Shown piece after piece: positions 21,301-36,300 of a DNA stretch of 64,000 nucleotides (position 1 is its first letter; each line of letters starts with the position of its first letter). The stretch lies in assembly GCA_000002435.2 (NCBI GenBank), contig CM018791.1; one strand, given 5' to 3'. The stretch comes from Giardia intestinalis. Taxonomy: Eukaryota. Under the pieces are notes generated by a model that worked only from the letters and a program-made list of their open reading frames with translations, was not told where the DNA came from and made no database searches. A program made the position numbers and the translations under genes.

Positions 21301-24300
21301 GTTTGCAGTCAGAGAGTTGAAAAAGTGAGAACAGGTCGAGCTTGTCCATGGCCACAATGTTAACATTGCATTCGTGCAGTCTCTTCTGGAGCATTATCTC
21401 GAGGAAGTTCTTCATCTGTACTGGGGCATCTGGCACCTGCGGTCGGACCAGCGTGAGCTTACTGTCAGTCTTTTCTGCCATCTTCGCTTGTGCCTGCGCA
21501 GCATCTTCCAGCTTTTTAGTTGCTCTACTTAGACGCATCTCCTTGTGCAGGTCAACGAGATTGGTTACTAATTCTAAGATGGGAGACTTGACACTGCCCA
21601 GCACCTTTGCACGCATGCACTCGCTAGACGATACTACCATAATGTCTTTAGAAAAGATCTTATCGGCACAGTTGAGGGGGAAATCATCGATGATCACAAC
21701 GCTAAGAGTGAGTGATAGGATTGAGACTAGAACGCGTGAATCTGCCACGATATCCAAACCTAAACCAAATGTCGCGAGATTACAAAGACACTGGATCTCT
21801 TCTTCGTCAAAGATGGACTGAAGAATGTTCAGGGGCTCGAGGCTCCGGCAAAGAAGTGAGTAGGCCGTGACCCCCGTTGGGGACGTCCTCATTAGGGTGG
21901 ACATTGGGGTCATGATTAGGACATTCATAGGACTGTGAAGTAGACACTTACTCATGATGGTATCTCGTGTTACCTGCTTGTTAGCGTCGTGGCCTTGAGG
22001 AGCAACATCCACCTCGTCCAAATTGACATGATCTTCTAAAAGCAGTTTGGAGTACTGTTCTATCTTTATCAGGTATTCGGACCAGGACATGACTGCAAAA
22101 GGTAGCTGAGAAATACCCCGTCCTGTACCAATCACGCGGCTAGGAAGCGAGGTAGTTAGAGCCGAGTTGACGCTGAAACCCAGGTTGAGAAGCGACGGAG
22201 AAACAGTGTTTGCTGAGGACTTTGCAGTCAAGAGTATTTCTGGCTTTATTCCTAACGCCATGGCAAAAGACACTCGCAAAATCATGATGAGCGCCAGAAA
22301 ATCTAGTGTGTCGCTGTTGTACAGGCTCGTGCTTTGTAGCTCTGCAATCATCTTTTTAAGGTTGTCGATCAGGTCCAGGTTTTCTTTTGGCTCTTTTCGG
22401 TCCCCTCTAGGCGGTCGCTTAGTCCGTAGCACAGTTTGTCCGTCCAGATGACTCAGGATTGTTGTTACGTCGATTAAAATCCTCTGTTGGCTCGATTTTT
22501 TGCCAGTTTCTGAGAGCCCGACGGCCGATGTAGCTGCCGACATGCTGGAAAGCTTACTCCTGCTACTCCCCTTTGAAATCTCAGATTGCGCGTCATCAGG
22601 ATCCTCGTCCGCGGCAGCCCTGTTCATCTCTGTAAGCGTCTGCTTGAACCTATCAGAGCTGAGAATAGTATAGTTCCCTAGAGCAGCAAACAGTCTAACA
22701 AGCTGATTGTAGGAGTTGCTTGGGGCGTTATCAATACGAATGATGGCCTTGTTAGGCTTCATGGAAAGCATAGTGAGCAGAGGGAACCCGTCAAACTGGG
22801 TTTGCTCATCGCCGTCTTCGTGCTCCTGCCGAGCTATATCTTCTGCGACCTTAACTTCGTTCTCAAGAGAATCAACAACCTCTGTGATGACCTCTCTATC
22901 TTCTTGACTCATATCTGAAGAGTAAAGAGAAGCTGCTATCTGCTGAGGATCAGTCAGGATGTCGGTTGCCGAGGAGTCCTTCGGGACCCCAGTTGTTGCT
23001 ACCTTCGTATACGCTAGAATGCGTGCAGCATAAATACTGGCATGCTTGAGAATCTGCAGCCTAGTAGGAAATATCGGATCCTCGCCATAGAGGGAGCTCA
23101 TACTTCCCCCGCTTCTGATGCTAATACCATACGTTAGGAGGCAATTAAGTTTTGCAAGGTTGAGCTCCCTGCGCGTAGCTATAACAAGAAATGCTTCTAG
23201 TGCGCGACACGTGATAAACGGATCTAGGTCTTGGCCGTAAAGCTTAACCATGGACATGAGATGCACAAACCAAAAAGGATTGGTGCTCCGATAGTTGAGG
23301 CTTAAGAACGACGACCTATCAACTAGAGTCTTGAAGAGATTGACCGGGGAATCCCTCAGGTCTACCTCTGTGACGTGATGAGATATCAGCGTATTAATCA
23401 TGTATTGATTTCCGAGTCTGAATGTAGAGGCTTGGGCATCTGCAATGTCAGACTTGGTGCTTTTCGTGGTGATCTGTATGTTTGCCGTGTCTAAAGTTTT
23501 ATTAGTTGCAGTTTGCTGCATTCCGGTGCCTGTTTGAGTGCCGCCTTGCTCACGCCTAGCTGTCATGTAGTTAATAGACTGGTTCAATACATACCGCTCC
23601 CACGCCGTGACAAGGATGAAGTTTCCCTTGACTAAAAGTCGTGCGTCACTCCACGGTGTAGTAGAGCTAGCTTGTGATTTCTGGGCCAGCTGCTGTTTGT
23701 GCAGAGCAGTCAGTTGGTCCTCACCACTGTTGTCTGCCTCATCATCCAAATATCCTAAAATACTTAGGCTTGCAAACCGCTCTATAATTCCCTGTAGGAC
23801 AACGAGATTTGTCTCCGAAAGATTGCGGAGGGCACCAAATAAGGAATGGATATTGGCATTAGATAGCTCCCTATCCCTGTTAGCTTTAATAATACTCGTG
23901 ATAGAGTCGGGCGGAAGTCGTCCAGGGTGTTTCCCCATGGTCTGGTACGCCTCTATTGTTGCGAGCATGTCATCGCTGATGTCAGCAGGGTCCTTCATCA
24001 AAAAGGAGTTGTAGTTCTTCAGCCTGTCAAACACTGTGAAGCTATTGATAAGCCCCACCGGGAGAGACCCTTTAATAAGGAAGTATCCATTAATAAACTG
24101 GAAAATCCACGATTCGGTATGGTGAGGATACACCTTCAGGAATAGACTGCGAAGGAAGGGCTCTGTAAGCGGCGGCATTTTAATTGTCAAGGCGGCATTC
24201 TGGGCAATCTCAGTATTGAATCTATCACACTCGATAATGAAGCTACAGTCGGATAACGATGCACACCCAGTTTTAAAGCTTTGAAGTGTTTCTGGGTAGA

Positions 24301-27300
24301 TAGAGTTGGGTAGGATCACAGATGAAGGCATTTGGCTGTATGATTTGCGAAGCACCACGTCCTTTTCAGCAACATCCATCAGAATGACATGGTCCCTTAG
24401 TAGAAGTGCGATGTGCTCGGAGATTTCTGCACTCCGACAGTCTGAACAGTGCAAGTGGAAAGAAGGGAAACTCAAAGAGCTGTAGTAGTCAAGTATCATA
24501 TTGCTGTCTTCGTCATGGATAGCCGCTGTAGTGCTGCTATGCCTGTTTGCGGATGACTGTGCTGCTCTGCGAAGAGTGAACTTCTGTGCAATACCAGTAA
24601 GCACAGAAAACGTTGAGGAGTCGCTATGCAAATCAGACAGTAAAATCATGTTTGTATCGACCATATCCCGAACCAGAATCTTGGCAGCATCCAAGATAGT
24701 TGTCTTCCCAGATCCCCGCTCCCCCACAAGGGCCAGAGAAATAGGACTGAGCATAGCACACCCAAGGACCACCAAAATGGCTGCCCTATGGGAGTCAAAA
24801 TAAATGGGACTGTCCAACAGCGAGTGAAGACTGGGTCTTTCCCCTCTGTCCTTATCGAGAATGATTTCATTAATATCACTTTTCTCTCGCTTCTGCTGTC
24901 GCTTTGCAGCCATTCCGCGTGCAAGGTCGTCATCGTCGTCGCCCGATTCGCCTTTTGCTTCGTTAGCCTGCTCCTCGGTGTCCTTATTAAGTCGTGCCTC
25001 ATATGCCTGCTTTCTTCGTAGACACAACGTTTTTTCTGCGATATACAAAATGTTCTTCTCTAAGGACACCTTATCAGCATCAAGGATAACATTATTGAGC
25101 AGGCCCTCTCCTACCTTATATGTGCGGAACTCGACGCGGGCATGGAAGTGATTGTAATGTTTAGACTTCTTCTCCTTATTGATGCCGAACTTGTAATCGA
25201 GGTAACTAAACGTGTCACCGGACATATACTTTGGCACGATATGAGTGACCTCTTGCATGGTATTTCGAATTCCGGTCATAAGCTGCTCGTTTGTAAGTCC
25301 GTGGTTGAGTTTGGCCAAGGAGAGTTTTTGGGAGACAGTGTAACTAGCCAAGCACTCCCTCTTCAAAGATGGAAGAGATTGATCTGCTTCTGATAAAATC
25401 AAAACTATGGCGGCTATCATTGAGCAAAATGTGCCGTGGCTGACTTTCTGTAATTCAGAAAGCTCAGCTATGACTTTCGTATATCTTTTCAATAGCAAAT
25501 CGTGTGCTGTCTTTGGTCCCTGTGCTAAGAGGCGCTCCCAGTTGCTACTTGCAGTGAATGTGAGATAAAAAAGAGAGCATGCATTCCAGATTGCGCAGAA
25601 AAATGGGGTGCATATGTTAATGAACGCAGTCATGTGCTTCTTTGGATGGAAAAACGCCTCGTTGAGATACTTTTCTGTGAATCCAAAGGATAGACTGCCT
25701 TGGAAGCCTATTCCGAAAGGTATTATATCGTTTTCTGCATTAAGAAGAACAGTGTGGTTGATTATTTCAGAAACGTTAGCTGAATTGCCAGCTTCTGCCG
25801 TCAACTTCTTCATTTGAGCCTCCAGACTCATTAGGGTGTTCTTTGAAAAGCCGGCAACCTCTGAAAAAGGGTACAGATCATCAGACACCCGAACACGCGA
25901 CTGCATAAGGTTTCCTAGTACAAATAGCTGCTTCCGCTTCACCTGTAGAACATTAGCATCAGACGACAGGTGGCCGACATATGTATTCTCAGATTTGTGC
26001 TTCCCGGCCTTCTGTGATTTCTCATGCATCTGAGTGGTGGTAAGATACTGGGCTCCGAGAATTCTTGTCATAGCGTTAATATCGCGTCCTCTTTGACCCA
26101 TAGCAACCTCAGATATGCGCTGGACACAAGCAGATGCCGTGTTTTGATCAAATTTATCACTTACTGTGCAGATCTCTTTGAGGAAGTCATTTTGCAATCT
26201 GCGCTTTCTTGGTGTAACAACTCCATTACGACAGAGGTTGAAGTAGATGATAGACCGCAAGAGATACACCTCCTCTATACTTCTCCCGTAGCCAAATATC
26301 TTTGTAATGACGTCGTAATAGAAGGATATCACCCCCTTCACAAAGGTGGGAAGTGCAGAGATGCGCTTTTCTGCTGTTATCAAGAGCCGGTCCTTGAGCG
26401 AGCTGTGGAGTAAGATCGACCTATAGTTGGTCACAACACTTTCTAGAGCACACGAAAGCGGACTGGCTGGATCATCCCCGTATTGATTCACGTGTTCCAT
26501 ACCCTCCAGTGCGGCGTCCAAATCGCGTTTCCAAAGCATGTGGTTACGGTGCACAAGACTGAGGAGCTGCGCTTCTTCAATATGCAGGCTGCCCTGGCAT
26601 ATCTTTTTAGACCCGTCTGCGCCCTCGATGGACGGAAGCAAAATCAGACGGTGGCATATTGATTTGATAAGCGGATAACCAATTATGTCCGGGAGGAAAC
26701 TAGGACTGAAAACAATAAGGTAATGTGGTCCGTGTGTTACATCAATCTGGATTTGTGACAGGTTCTTGTCGTCTGTTAGGACAGGGAATCCAAGGGATAC
26801 ACTGATAATTATTTCAAACATCTGAAGGAATGCACTGACATTGGATGGTGCGATGACGATCAGGTGCTCCTGAACGGGTTTGTCGTTTGCAATGCTATCG
26901 CTGAGATCGATTGCCTGGATGGCTTTATGTGCGCTATAAACAGACGTGGCGTTGAAGCAATAGTGCATACGCCAGCCGCGCACAGCAGCAAGGATACTAG
27001 CAAAGGTTTTGAGGTAAGAGATTTGCGGAACAACCACCAAGACTGGCTTGTATGACCGCAAAAGGTCGTTACAAAACAGAACGTCATAGACTGTTTGGAG
27101 GGAAAGCTGATGTGCTTGCGAGAACATGTTAATATACCACTGAAATTGCTGGGACAAGTAGCGCGAAAGACTATCTGTGTAATACTTTAGAAAACTCACC
27201 TGCTTGATTGGCGCATTCTTAGCTTTGTCCATTTCATAAGTATCTCCAGTTTCTGCATACTTCAGTCCCAGATGAACCCGAGCAGACTCAACGGTCCCTA

Positions 27301-30300
27301 GGAAATTGCGAGCCAGGCGGCCTATGTGCATTGAGTTCATCTTGTCGAGGCCAAATGCTGCGCATACAAACTGTGAATAGACAGTGGTCAATGACCTTAG
27401 CTCATGCCGCGTGGCCTTCAGTGAGAGAAAGCTTCCTGTCTGTCGCAGGATATAGTCAAGTGTCACTGCTGCAACACAAGATGTGTCGGACTTATCTTTG
27501 GCGCGGCTATAGATCATCTGGACATCGGAAGCTAGCAATCTACAAGAAAGAGGACCCATGGAGGCCAGGAAGTTATTGAGTTCGCAAAATGTGTGATAAT
27601 ACTCCGGTGATACCTTCTTAAATGATGACTCGGGCTGGTCAAATTCCAAGTATACGAGCTCTGAATGCTTAAACGCATTGATGCAGCTCTTTCCATGCTC
27701 TGTAAGGTGGTATACCGCTGCATAATTGTCCTGGACCTTGCTCAGTTCTTCGCCGCCAGACTGAGGTCCAGGATCAGTTGTTGATGTTTGGCTCTCTGGA
27801 TTTGCTTCATGCTCCTCCTTTTGGGCAAAGAAAAATTTGTCAGCTGTGATAATGGGTGCGAGCTCGGGAAGATGGAAGATCAGCAAGCCGTGATCCGAGA
27901 AGTCTGAGAAGTCCGCAATCTTAACTGTGACCCTGGATTGTATGTAGTTTAGTTCAGGACTGCCAAAGAACAGCTTGCTTTTTATGGCCTTCTTCTTCTC
28001 AGCAGCGCTTATTTCATGGGTAACGCAAAGCGTTTCGAGGGGACCGGCCTTTCTGCGCAAGCTATGCGATAGTTCTACCAGCTCCAGGATCTGCGGTGTT
28101 GGCAAGTACTGCAACCCGAATACGAGAACCACATATCCGGCGCAAAGACAGGCGGTGATCCGCTGCAAACACTTCACAAACGTGAACTCTGCAACGCAGA
28201 CACATACCAGTCGTCGACCAAGTAGGTGGCACGTGTGCAGAACCAATTTCGTTGGCTCTTGGGTATAGATGGACCGAGTAGCTGCTGTTAGAAGGAATAC
28301 TGGAAGACCCATGGAAAATCCATTAACTATCGACGTCGCAGCATACCTATATTGTAAAGGAATGGCTGAAATAATGTCCAACGGAGTCGGGGCACCGATC
28401 CAGTGAGGCCCGTATGTAATTAGAAACTCACTGAGTGACGATGTGACATACAGATCATGGGTTGTAGGGTTGTAGACGGTGAAGGTGATGCTATTATTCA
28501 TTGAGAGTATCCTGTTTAGGTCATCGCCGCGGAGGATCTTCTTTAGGTCTTGGAGGTACTCGCACCAATCAGCCATGTGCTGAATAAATACCTTTACATA
28601 TATAGGATTCTTTTGCATGCTATTGATCTTCACCGCGAGTATAAGGTTTTGGAAAAAGTCAAGAAGTTCTGCCAGATCATTATATGTGGGGTTTTTAACA
28701 AGCGCGAATCTGAAGAGTAAGCTGCGGGTCTTCTCTAGCAACCAGGTGGATATTGCTATGATAACTGCGCGAAACAGGTTGGTCTTAAGATAGTTGGAGA
28801 ACCCATCTGGATCTCTGATCATCGGCGAGGAGGCCAACTTCTGCTTATTTCTTTCTAACTCCTCGTTGATAGGTGCACTTTTGGTCACAGATGATGCTGA
28901 TTGACTGACCGACTGTGCCATCTGCTCCAGGTGTAAATAGGTAAAAAACCCTTCCGGAGGTGCTTCACCATGGAGCCCCTTGCCCGTAAACTTCATGTAA
29001 GCCACTGCAAATTCATCCCACGCTTTCTTAACAGCATCCACAAAAGATGCACGGGTTTCTGCGGCTACAGCGTCTGGTACAAGATAAATGACATTGGGTG
29101 CCTCAACAGGAGTGGTGAACATTAAGCTTTCGTCACCAGATCGTATGCCATTTATGATGGAGCCACGAATAGACGACGAGTCAATAAGATACTCGTCCAT
29201 TCCGTGAAAAACCTCATAACTCAGAGAAGTAACCAGCTTGAAAAGGCTCTTTTTTAGTGGAAAACAGCCACAAAACACCTGGCACACAGACGAGCAGAAA
29301 AGTGCGGAAGGAAAATTCTTCCCGTTGCTCCAGGGAATGAACTTCCGTGGGCCAATGGAAAGAGTCTCCGGGTCGGATGTCTTTACTGAGTAGTATGGAG
29401 AGAAGGTGGTCGTAGTCGAGCTTTTAGTAGCCAGGTCTTGAAACGACTGCAGAATGGCGAAATCTTGGTAGAAGTGAATGCGCTTATGAATAGCATCGAC
29501 CTCAAGCATGTGCTTAGAGAGGGTCTTGAGAACGTTCATGTTAATAACTATACAGAGGAAGGGCACAGACGTGCTCATAGAACGTGCCGTAGAGATATTT
29601 CTTAGAATTCGTGCTCCAAGGGACTTTTTCTTCATAATCTCCTCTACAGAGCAATACTTCGTGATCACGTCTCTCCAGGCGGCACATGCAGCCTGAAGCG
29701 TTGTGATATCTTGCTTTGACAGTATGTTGACAGTAAAGGCTTTCCTCCCCTGTTCTGTCTTTAGCCTTGTAGCCAGTTTTGCCCGTTCTGCCTCTGTGAG
29801 TTCTGCTCCTCCAAAACGCTTGGCCAACTGGTTGGGCGAGGGAGACGCATCACCTGGTGCTGCCACGTCCTTGATAATCTTCTTATGATAGTTGGTGAAG
29901 AGAGTTTCTTGGGGGCCCGTGAAATTGATCAGGTTGGCGTTGGCCTGGTAGGTGAGGAGATCTTGTAGCACAAATGGCATGCGCTTAAATATCGTAATGA
30001 GAAAGAGCATTAGCTGTGCCAATGCCTCGAGATCGCGTGCATACTCCTCTACATTCTGCGTGTATCGCCATTGCTGGAGATATTGTCGATGTGCGTCAAA
30101 GGCCTCAGACAAGTAGCGTGCAGTCAGGATGGTGCTCTTACTGGCCACATATGCCAGGTTAATGTCGAAGGATTGAGTATAGTCTATGTATCGTGTCCCA
30201 ACGTATCCAAGATTATTTAGCACAAGGGAAATCGTTACTAAGGCCTCTCTGCATATCTCTTCCGCGTTGGCGGGCGTGATAATGGCAAAGTCTATGGCAT

Positions 30301-33300
30301 TCTTCCATCCCATCGACCTGTCATTTGTAGCAAAGCTGGATGTCCCAACTGAAAGAGCGTATGTTTTGTCAATGCGAATAGAGTATAACGCGCGCTCTAT
30401 TTGTTTCAGCTCGCGAAGGGCTTGCTTATCAATACTAGCGTTTTGAACTAGCACCAGCACGAAGTCCAGTAGCTCATTGTTTTTCTCAAAAGCATCCAGA
30501 AGAAGCTGTGGCTTAACTGAGAAGGTTTTTTCTACAAAGACTCCGGTAAAAGACGTTATTCGTTGAAGGTGAATAGGTCGAAGGGAATCGCTGCTGACTT
30601 GATGAAGCAGCGTGACTGGTGGCACAAAGAGCAAAAGAACATTTTCTGCGTTGTCTAAATACTCGGTCCATGGCTCAAAAGAGACACTAAAGGCCACGTC
30701 CGGCATATCCCTTATGCGAGCCATAAAAGGCATATCGCTTCCACTTGAATCTGTGAGCTGTATCTTATCCTTGTACCGAGGGCCTATGACCTTGTTGATT
30801 AAATGCAAAATGTCTATCTTGTTTGTGTGAACGTCGATAAACTTCTCTTGGGCAAACTTCCGAGCCTGCCGTATCCCATAGGCAACGCGGTCAATGGCCA
30901 TAAGCAGCTCTATGTGCGGGTAAGATCGCAACGTTCTCTCGCTGTAGTGGTTATGGCACGAGTCTATATCAAAGAGCGTAATGGAGATGTCTGCTATTGG
31001 AGCAAGGATCTTGAGCATTGCAAAGGGAGAGGGATAGACCGGCATCTCCAAGAGTCTGGTTGAGCAGTCTGCAGCCAAAAGATAAACGCGCCAACGATCC
31101 AGGAGACGGATCAAACAGCAGAGCTCCATAAGAATGAACTTGTACTCTGAGAGAATGCGTCTCATATCGTATCTCTCTGCGTTACGCTGATAGGGGGCAG
31201 TTGACTTACGTACGGGGCGTTTGTATAGCTTGGCTGTTGAAAATATGTACTTGTGTCCAGGTACTTTGGATGACAGAGAATCCGGCACGTTGTTCCGGAG
31301 ACATATGATGCGCTGGTTGTTGGCTGTTTCTGACCCATCAATCTCACGAAAGCCCTTGAGAAGGGAGCTGTATGAAATGCGTTTTGTGTGGAGCTCAAAT
31401 CTACAAGAAACAGCAAGAGACTGAAGGAAATCCCGTTCGAATACTTGCGTGTTCTCCAAGGAGATACTAGCAACGGATTCTTTAGGAGCTAGCAAGAACC
31501 TGGTGGCTTCGGCGTGATGCTCCATTCTGGATTCTTCATCGCGAGATTGCGATTCATCTAACACTTCCGGCCCCTCTGGATTGTGTGCTTCACCGGAAGG
31601 AACCGTGGAAGCTGTGGCTTTCTTGAACTGATGGTTTGTCCGAAACGAGGAAGCCTTGGCGTAGTTTAAACTAGAAGAAGGATCTTTAGCTGAATGGGCC
31701 TCTGGTACTGAACTGTCTGGCTCCGAAGAAAAGGGGTCTAGCTGCAAATGATTAGATGCACAGTGATAGTCGTCCAAAGTTAGAAGCTTCAGCTCAAAGT
31801 TCTTACAAAGAATGGGGTACTTCTCAGCAAACGTGAGTGGCGCATTTCTGGCCTCACGAAATGACGGATAGTCTATAGTAAAGATGACCTTGAGGCCGTC
31901 TGCAATAGAAAAGGCAATCTGCGCAATCCAATTGTCTACCGCGCTAACGTAGTCTGCATATGCATTAATGCGACTAGAGATACTTTGTGAATGCTTCTTT
32001 GCAAGCATCGCCAGTTTCATAAATTGTCGACTGGGCTCTTCGAGTAAGGCCGGGAGATGCTTCTTGTAAGTGGCTGGGAAGAGGGTTATGTAATTGGTCC
32101 CATAGTGCAGAACAAACTTGTCATACAAGCTGGAAAAGATATAGCAGGCAGAATCGCTGGATAGCTTGTTGTGCAGGTCACGCACGAGTTGGAACTTCTC
32201 TGGAGTTGTGGTAGCCGAGAGTATGAGGGACGAGACGAACTTAAGTTCTGCCAAAATGTATTTAGTAAAACACTCGATCGCCTCCGTCAGCTTATTTATC
32301 ATGTGCTTTTCGAGATAGTCTAAAGCTTCCAGAAGATTTTCCTTCATCCGCCTCACAGAAACAGTAATCATGGACGCATAAAACTGATCGGGGAACACAA
32401 CAATGATCGACCTGAGATTCTCGATCTTGTCTATGATGGAACGAGGGGTAGAGAAGTCAAGAAGAGGAAACTCCTGCTCATGGTTTCCAAAGAGAAGGAG
32501 GCCTTTTATTTCTTTAATCTTCAGACAACGCTCATAATCAAACGATAGAAGAGTCTCTATTTGCTTGTCAGTAGAAAACCACTCTCTGTAGCTGGTCATG
32601 AGGCTCATTGGGCTGAAGTCATCCGAAAAAAGATCCTGAGTCAGGTCTAATAAGCACGAGAACTCATTGGCCCTATCAGAAAGCTCTAAGCGTGTGACCA
32701 CTCCTCGTTCTTTTATTGCCAGGAGCGAAAGCTTCCGATGAGTGAGAAGAGCAGTATATGTGTTAAGCAAATCTGTGCTAAAAGAAGTGCTCTCCTCCCG
32801 CTTAGAGTAGTGGCGTGACAAAACACGTTGCCGCTGCTGCGTCAAGATGTCTGCATATGTGTCAGAAGCCAACGAGGCTCCGCAGGTCATGGCATCTGAG
32901 TTGTTGCTAATGTCATTTGGCTGGAAGTTCATGGGCGAGGCGGGCGAGGCGCTGGGGCCGCGCTTGACATTACCAATGTTTGTATTAGAGGCGTCCTGTC
33001 TGTTAGCTACTACGGCTGAATTTCCCATCAAGACAAGCGGTAAGTCTAAGTACATGTCTGCAATAGTGTGATCATAAATTTCTATGAGCTTATTCTCTTT
33101 CTGGAGCGAGAGTAGAACATCATAGCCCTCCTTCAGTTCCAGCCTAGCATCTATAGAATTCAGCATGGTGTCGTCCTCGGCTTCAGTTAGTGGTTCGTCC
33201 TGTAACTCATTAGTTTTATCCTCGCCGGCTGTTATATATCCTGCCATCACCTTGAAGCGCATGCTCTGTTCCTGCAGAGATATGGCAAACTTCTGCTTTG

Positions 33301-36300
33301 AATATCTCGTCATGTAATTAGCAAAGTAGGTGAACCCGATGCTATCGAAATGCGTTCGTTCCACAGCAGCCCAATTGATCCCCGTGATGACACAAATAGA
33401 TAGGTTGAAGGAAAATGTCATCAGCACATCGAAAAAACTATAGTGATATCCGACAGTGGTGACTACTGAGGGAACAGAAACAAGTCGGGCATCTTCCTCA
33501 CTACAGGCTAAAGCGCACCCTGCAATCTTATCAGTTCTGATGTCGTGTTCTGCTGCCAATGCTTCTTGTGCAGAAAGCATCTTCTCGTCTCCTTCCACAT
33601 CCATGGCTGTTTCAATTGTTAAGTCTGTTCTTCGTCGGTGTATAGTCTTAAGATCGTGCGCATCCCCACCCTGTGGAAGAGAGTCTTCGTAGTTCTCGGG
33701 GTTAAATGATTCTTCTGGGCTTGATGCAGCGCCGAGTCCTGCACCAGGCATGGTTTGCACTGTGTCAAGTCGGCTCATGTCACTAATAGTCTGCTGGTCA
33801 GCACTATATAAGAAGGAGAGGTGCGACTTCTGTGTGAAGAGAGCGTTGTGCACAAAGTCAAAGCGTGAAAACCCATAGTTATACATTCGTGATGCAATCA
33901 GGGACAGATCGTCGAGGGTCGAAATACTCTGCATCCCCTGATCTGAATACTTGAACTCCTTGAGGGGTTTGAGGGCTAACATAAAGACCTTGTGGCACGC
34001 ACGCTCTGCCAGGTCATTGAGGGCAGAGGCAACCATGCGGGCTAAAGTAAAATAGATCCGGGTGGCATCGTAGATCTTAACTGTTGCCAGAGCAGTTGCA
34101 GCGCTCGCAGCTTTTGTGGACTGTTCTGGGTCCTGCTCTTGCCCCTGTTCCTGAGAGTCTTGTGTGTCCTTCTCCAATTTTGTTACAACGTGGTTGTGTA
34201 GGTACTGATAATATATTAAGATAGTGGCGAGAATGATCGAGTACGGGACGAGAGCAGTGTGATAGAACAGGAAGTATTTGAGAGCTTTGATGAATATGGT
34301 ATCGTTTGTTTTAATAAGATTATCAATAGTGCACGGGTCCTCGCTGCCTCGTAAAGCGGCAAACTCTACAGACAGCTTCTTGCGGGTGTCGTGCAGCTGG
34401 TCCATGTTGCAGAAGTAGTCCACACGCTCTTTAAAGAGGTCGTGACTCTCGAAAAATTTGATGTGCTCATAGTGCTGATTTATCTTTGCAATCATTCCAT
34501 CAAGATATTGAATGAATGAAGCGATGGTCTGCTCAATGACCGGGGTATATTCCAAAAGCTGATCCTTCCGACCGATGAGCTCGTGAGCAGAACCAAGTAC
34601 AATATTACCATCATTATCAATTTTAAGGTTACAACTACGAGTGTTAGATTGATCCAGAGTGCTTAGATCTAAAAAGATATCCATCAGTGCTTCAGATATT
34701 TTTACGAGATTGCCGATTAATGGCTGTGCAGTGGCGACATAGCAAGGTTGAAATCTAATCTGGGCAGCAAGAGTTTGGCGTAGCGACAATAGGCGACTTT
34801 GGCGTTTAGAAAACTCAGTACCATATAGAACTAGGTTACAATCCCAAGCAGACGTGGTTGGAATTCTGTGGCTGAACAAACCCAAAGGTAGGGTTGGTTC
34901 ATAAATTAAAGAAGTGGGCATAACGTCGGTGGCAGACGCAGACAGACCAACCGTATAAAGACTGGGCCGCAGAACCCCCATCTTTGGAACGACTATTTCA
35001 TGCTCTTTCATGACTGAAGGAGTATTTTCAAGAACACTAAAGACCCGGCTATGGAACCTTTGCTGAGCAGCAGCAACGGATAGAAAAAACTCATTCTCAA
35101 GCGCGCTAATGTGTCGCTGATAAGCTTCCTCTAGTTGCAACTTAAAGTCGCGTTCAGGATCATGCACAACGTCATCCAGCGCCTCCTTCTGGGAGTCTTC
35201 TTCCCTCCGTACATCATCAAGCATTGCATTGAGTACCTGGGTCATCTTTATCACCCGACTATCCACTTTAGTGCTCAAGGGTAGCAAGGGAATACGGGCG
35301 TTGGAAGCGATGGTCTGGACTAGATGGCTACGGCGGGCTGGAAGAGCAGGAGAATTGGCCCGCAAAATTGGGTTACTGTGTGTTACCTGAGACTGGGACC
35401 GTACTGGAGACTTTTGAGGTTCTGTGGAATGAGTGCTCTGCAATTGTGTCATGGTGAGATCGCGCTCCTCTAAACCCTGGTCATCTCTGGTGCACGAGAG
35501 CTTGGGTAACGCTTTTGGTACGCTGCCTACACGCTCTCCTGAGCGCTTCAGTAAACCACTGCGGTTTTGGAGCAGAAATGAATCTGTTTCCACTCCTGCT
35601 TGCGAACGAGATGGTATCAAATCCTTGGATGTTAAAACCGAGGAAGATCGCTTAGTGGGTAGGAGGGAAAGTGATGCTGTTGGCCCAGTTGATTTTGTAA
35701 GGGACGTAGCAAGGATAGATCCCTTGCTCCTTTTATTTAGATCTTCAAGAAGTAACTCTCGCTCGTTGTATGCCAGATGGCGTGCATATGTAAGAAGGAG
35801 TTGATTCAATGCGCGCTTTAAAAGAGGCGAGCGTTGGAGTTGACGCTGTATGGCCCAGTAGACATGGGTCAGATATAATTTTAGGTTCTGTAGGATGCAG
35901 TTATCTCTGTATGAAGAAGCATCCTCGAGCGGTCTTTCTTCCTCCAATATTGGCTGCGCTTCCCCCACCTTTTCAAAGATGTTGTGCGCAGCAGACCCGC
36001 CTGGATGGCCAGGTTGAAAGTAGCCCGGCCCCTGCTCCTGCACAAGCTGCATACGCGCAAGGTTCTTGACCTCTGTGTTTGTGAGGGTCTTCGTCACAGA
36101 CTTCTTATCGCGACGCCACGTCTTTGGAGCCAGCATAAGCTCCGAGAAGCTATCGATGCCGGGATCATCTAAAAGAAATATACGGTTTAGAGGAGTGGGC
36201 ATGCGTTTCCTGAAAGTTCCATTGAGTGTGTCTATGGTAATATCAACGATTCCCATCCCCATAGAAAGGTTTGCATAGACCAGGTTCCCCGGTAGATAAC

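Noticed and set aside
16575-24014. Many 60-160-aa ORFs on the plus strand inside the 7100-aa gene (for example 16575-16973, 21342-21821, 23607-24014).
   Set aside because: They are nested antisense or alternative-frame ORFs inside one continuous 21-kb ORF. They have no initiator context and are most simply chance ORFs.
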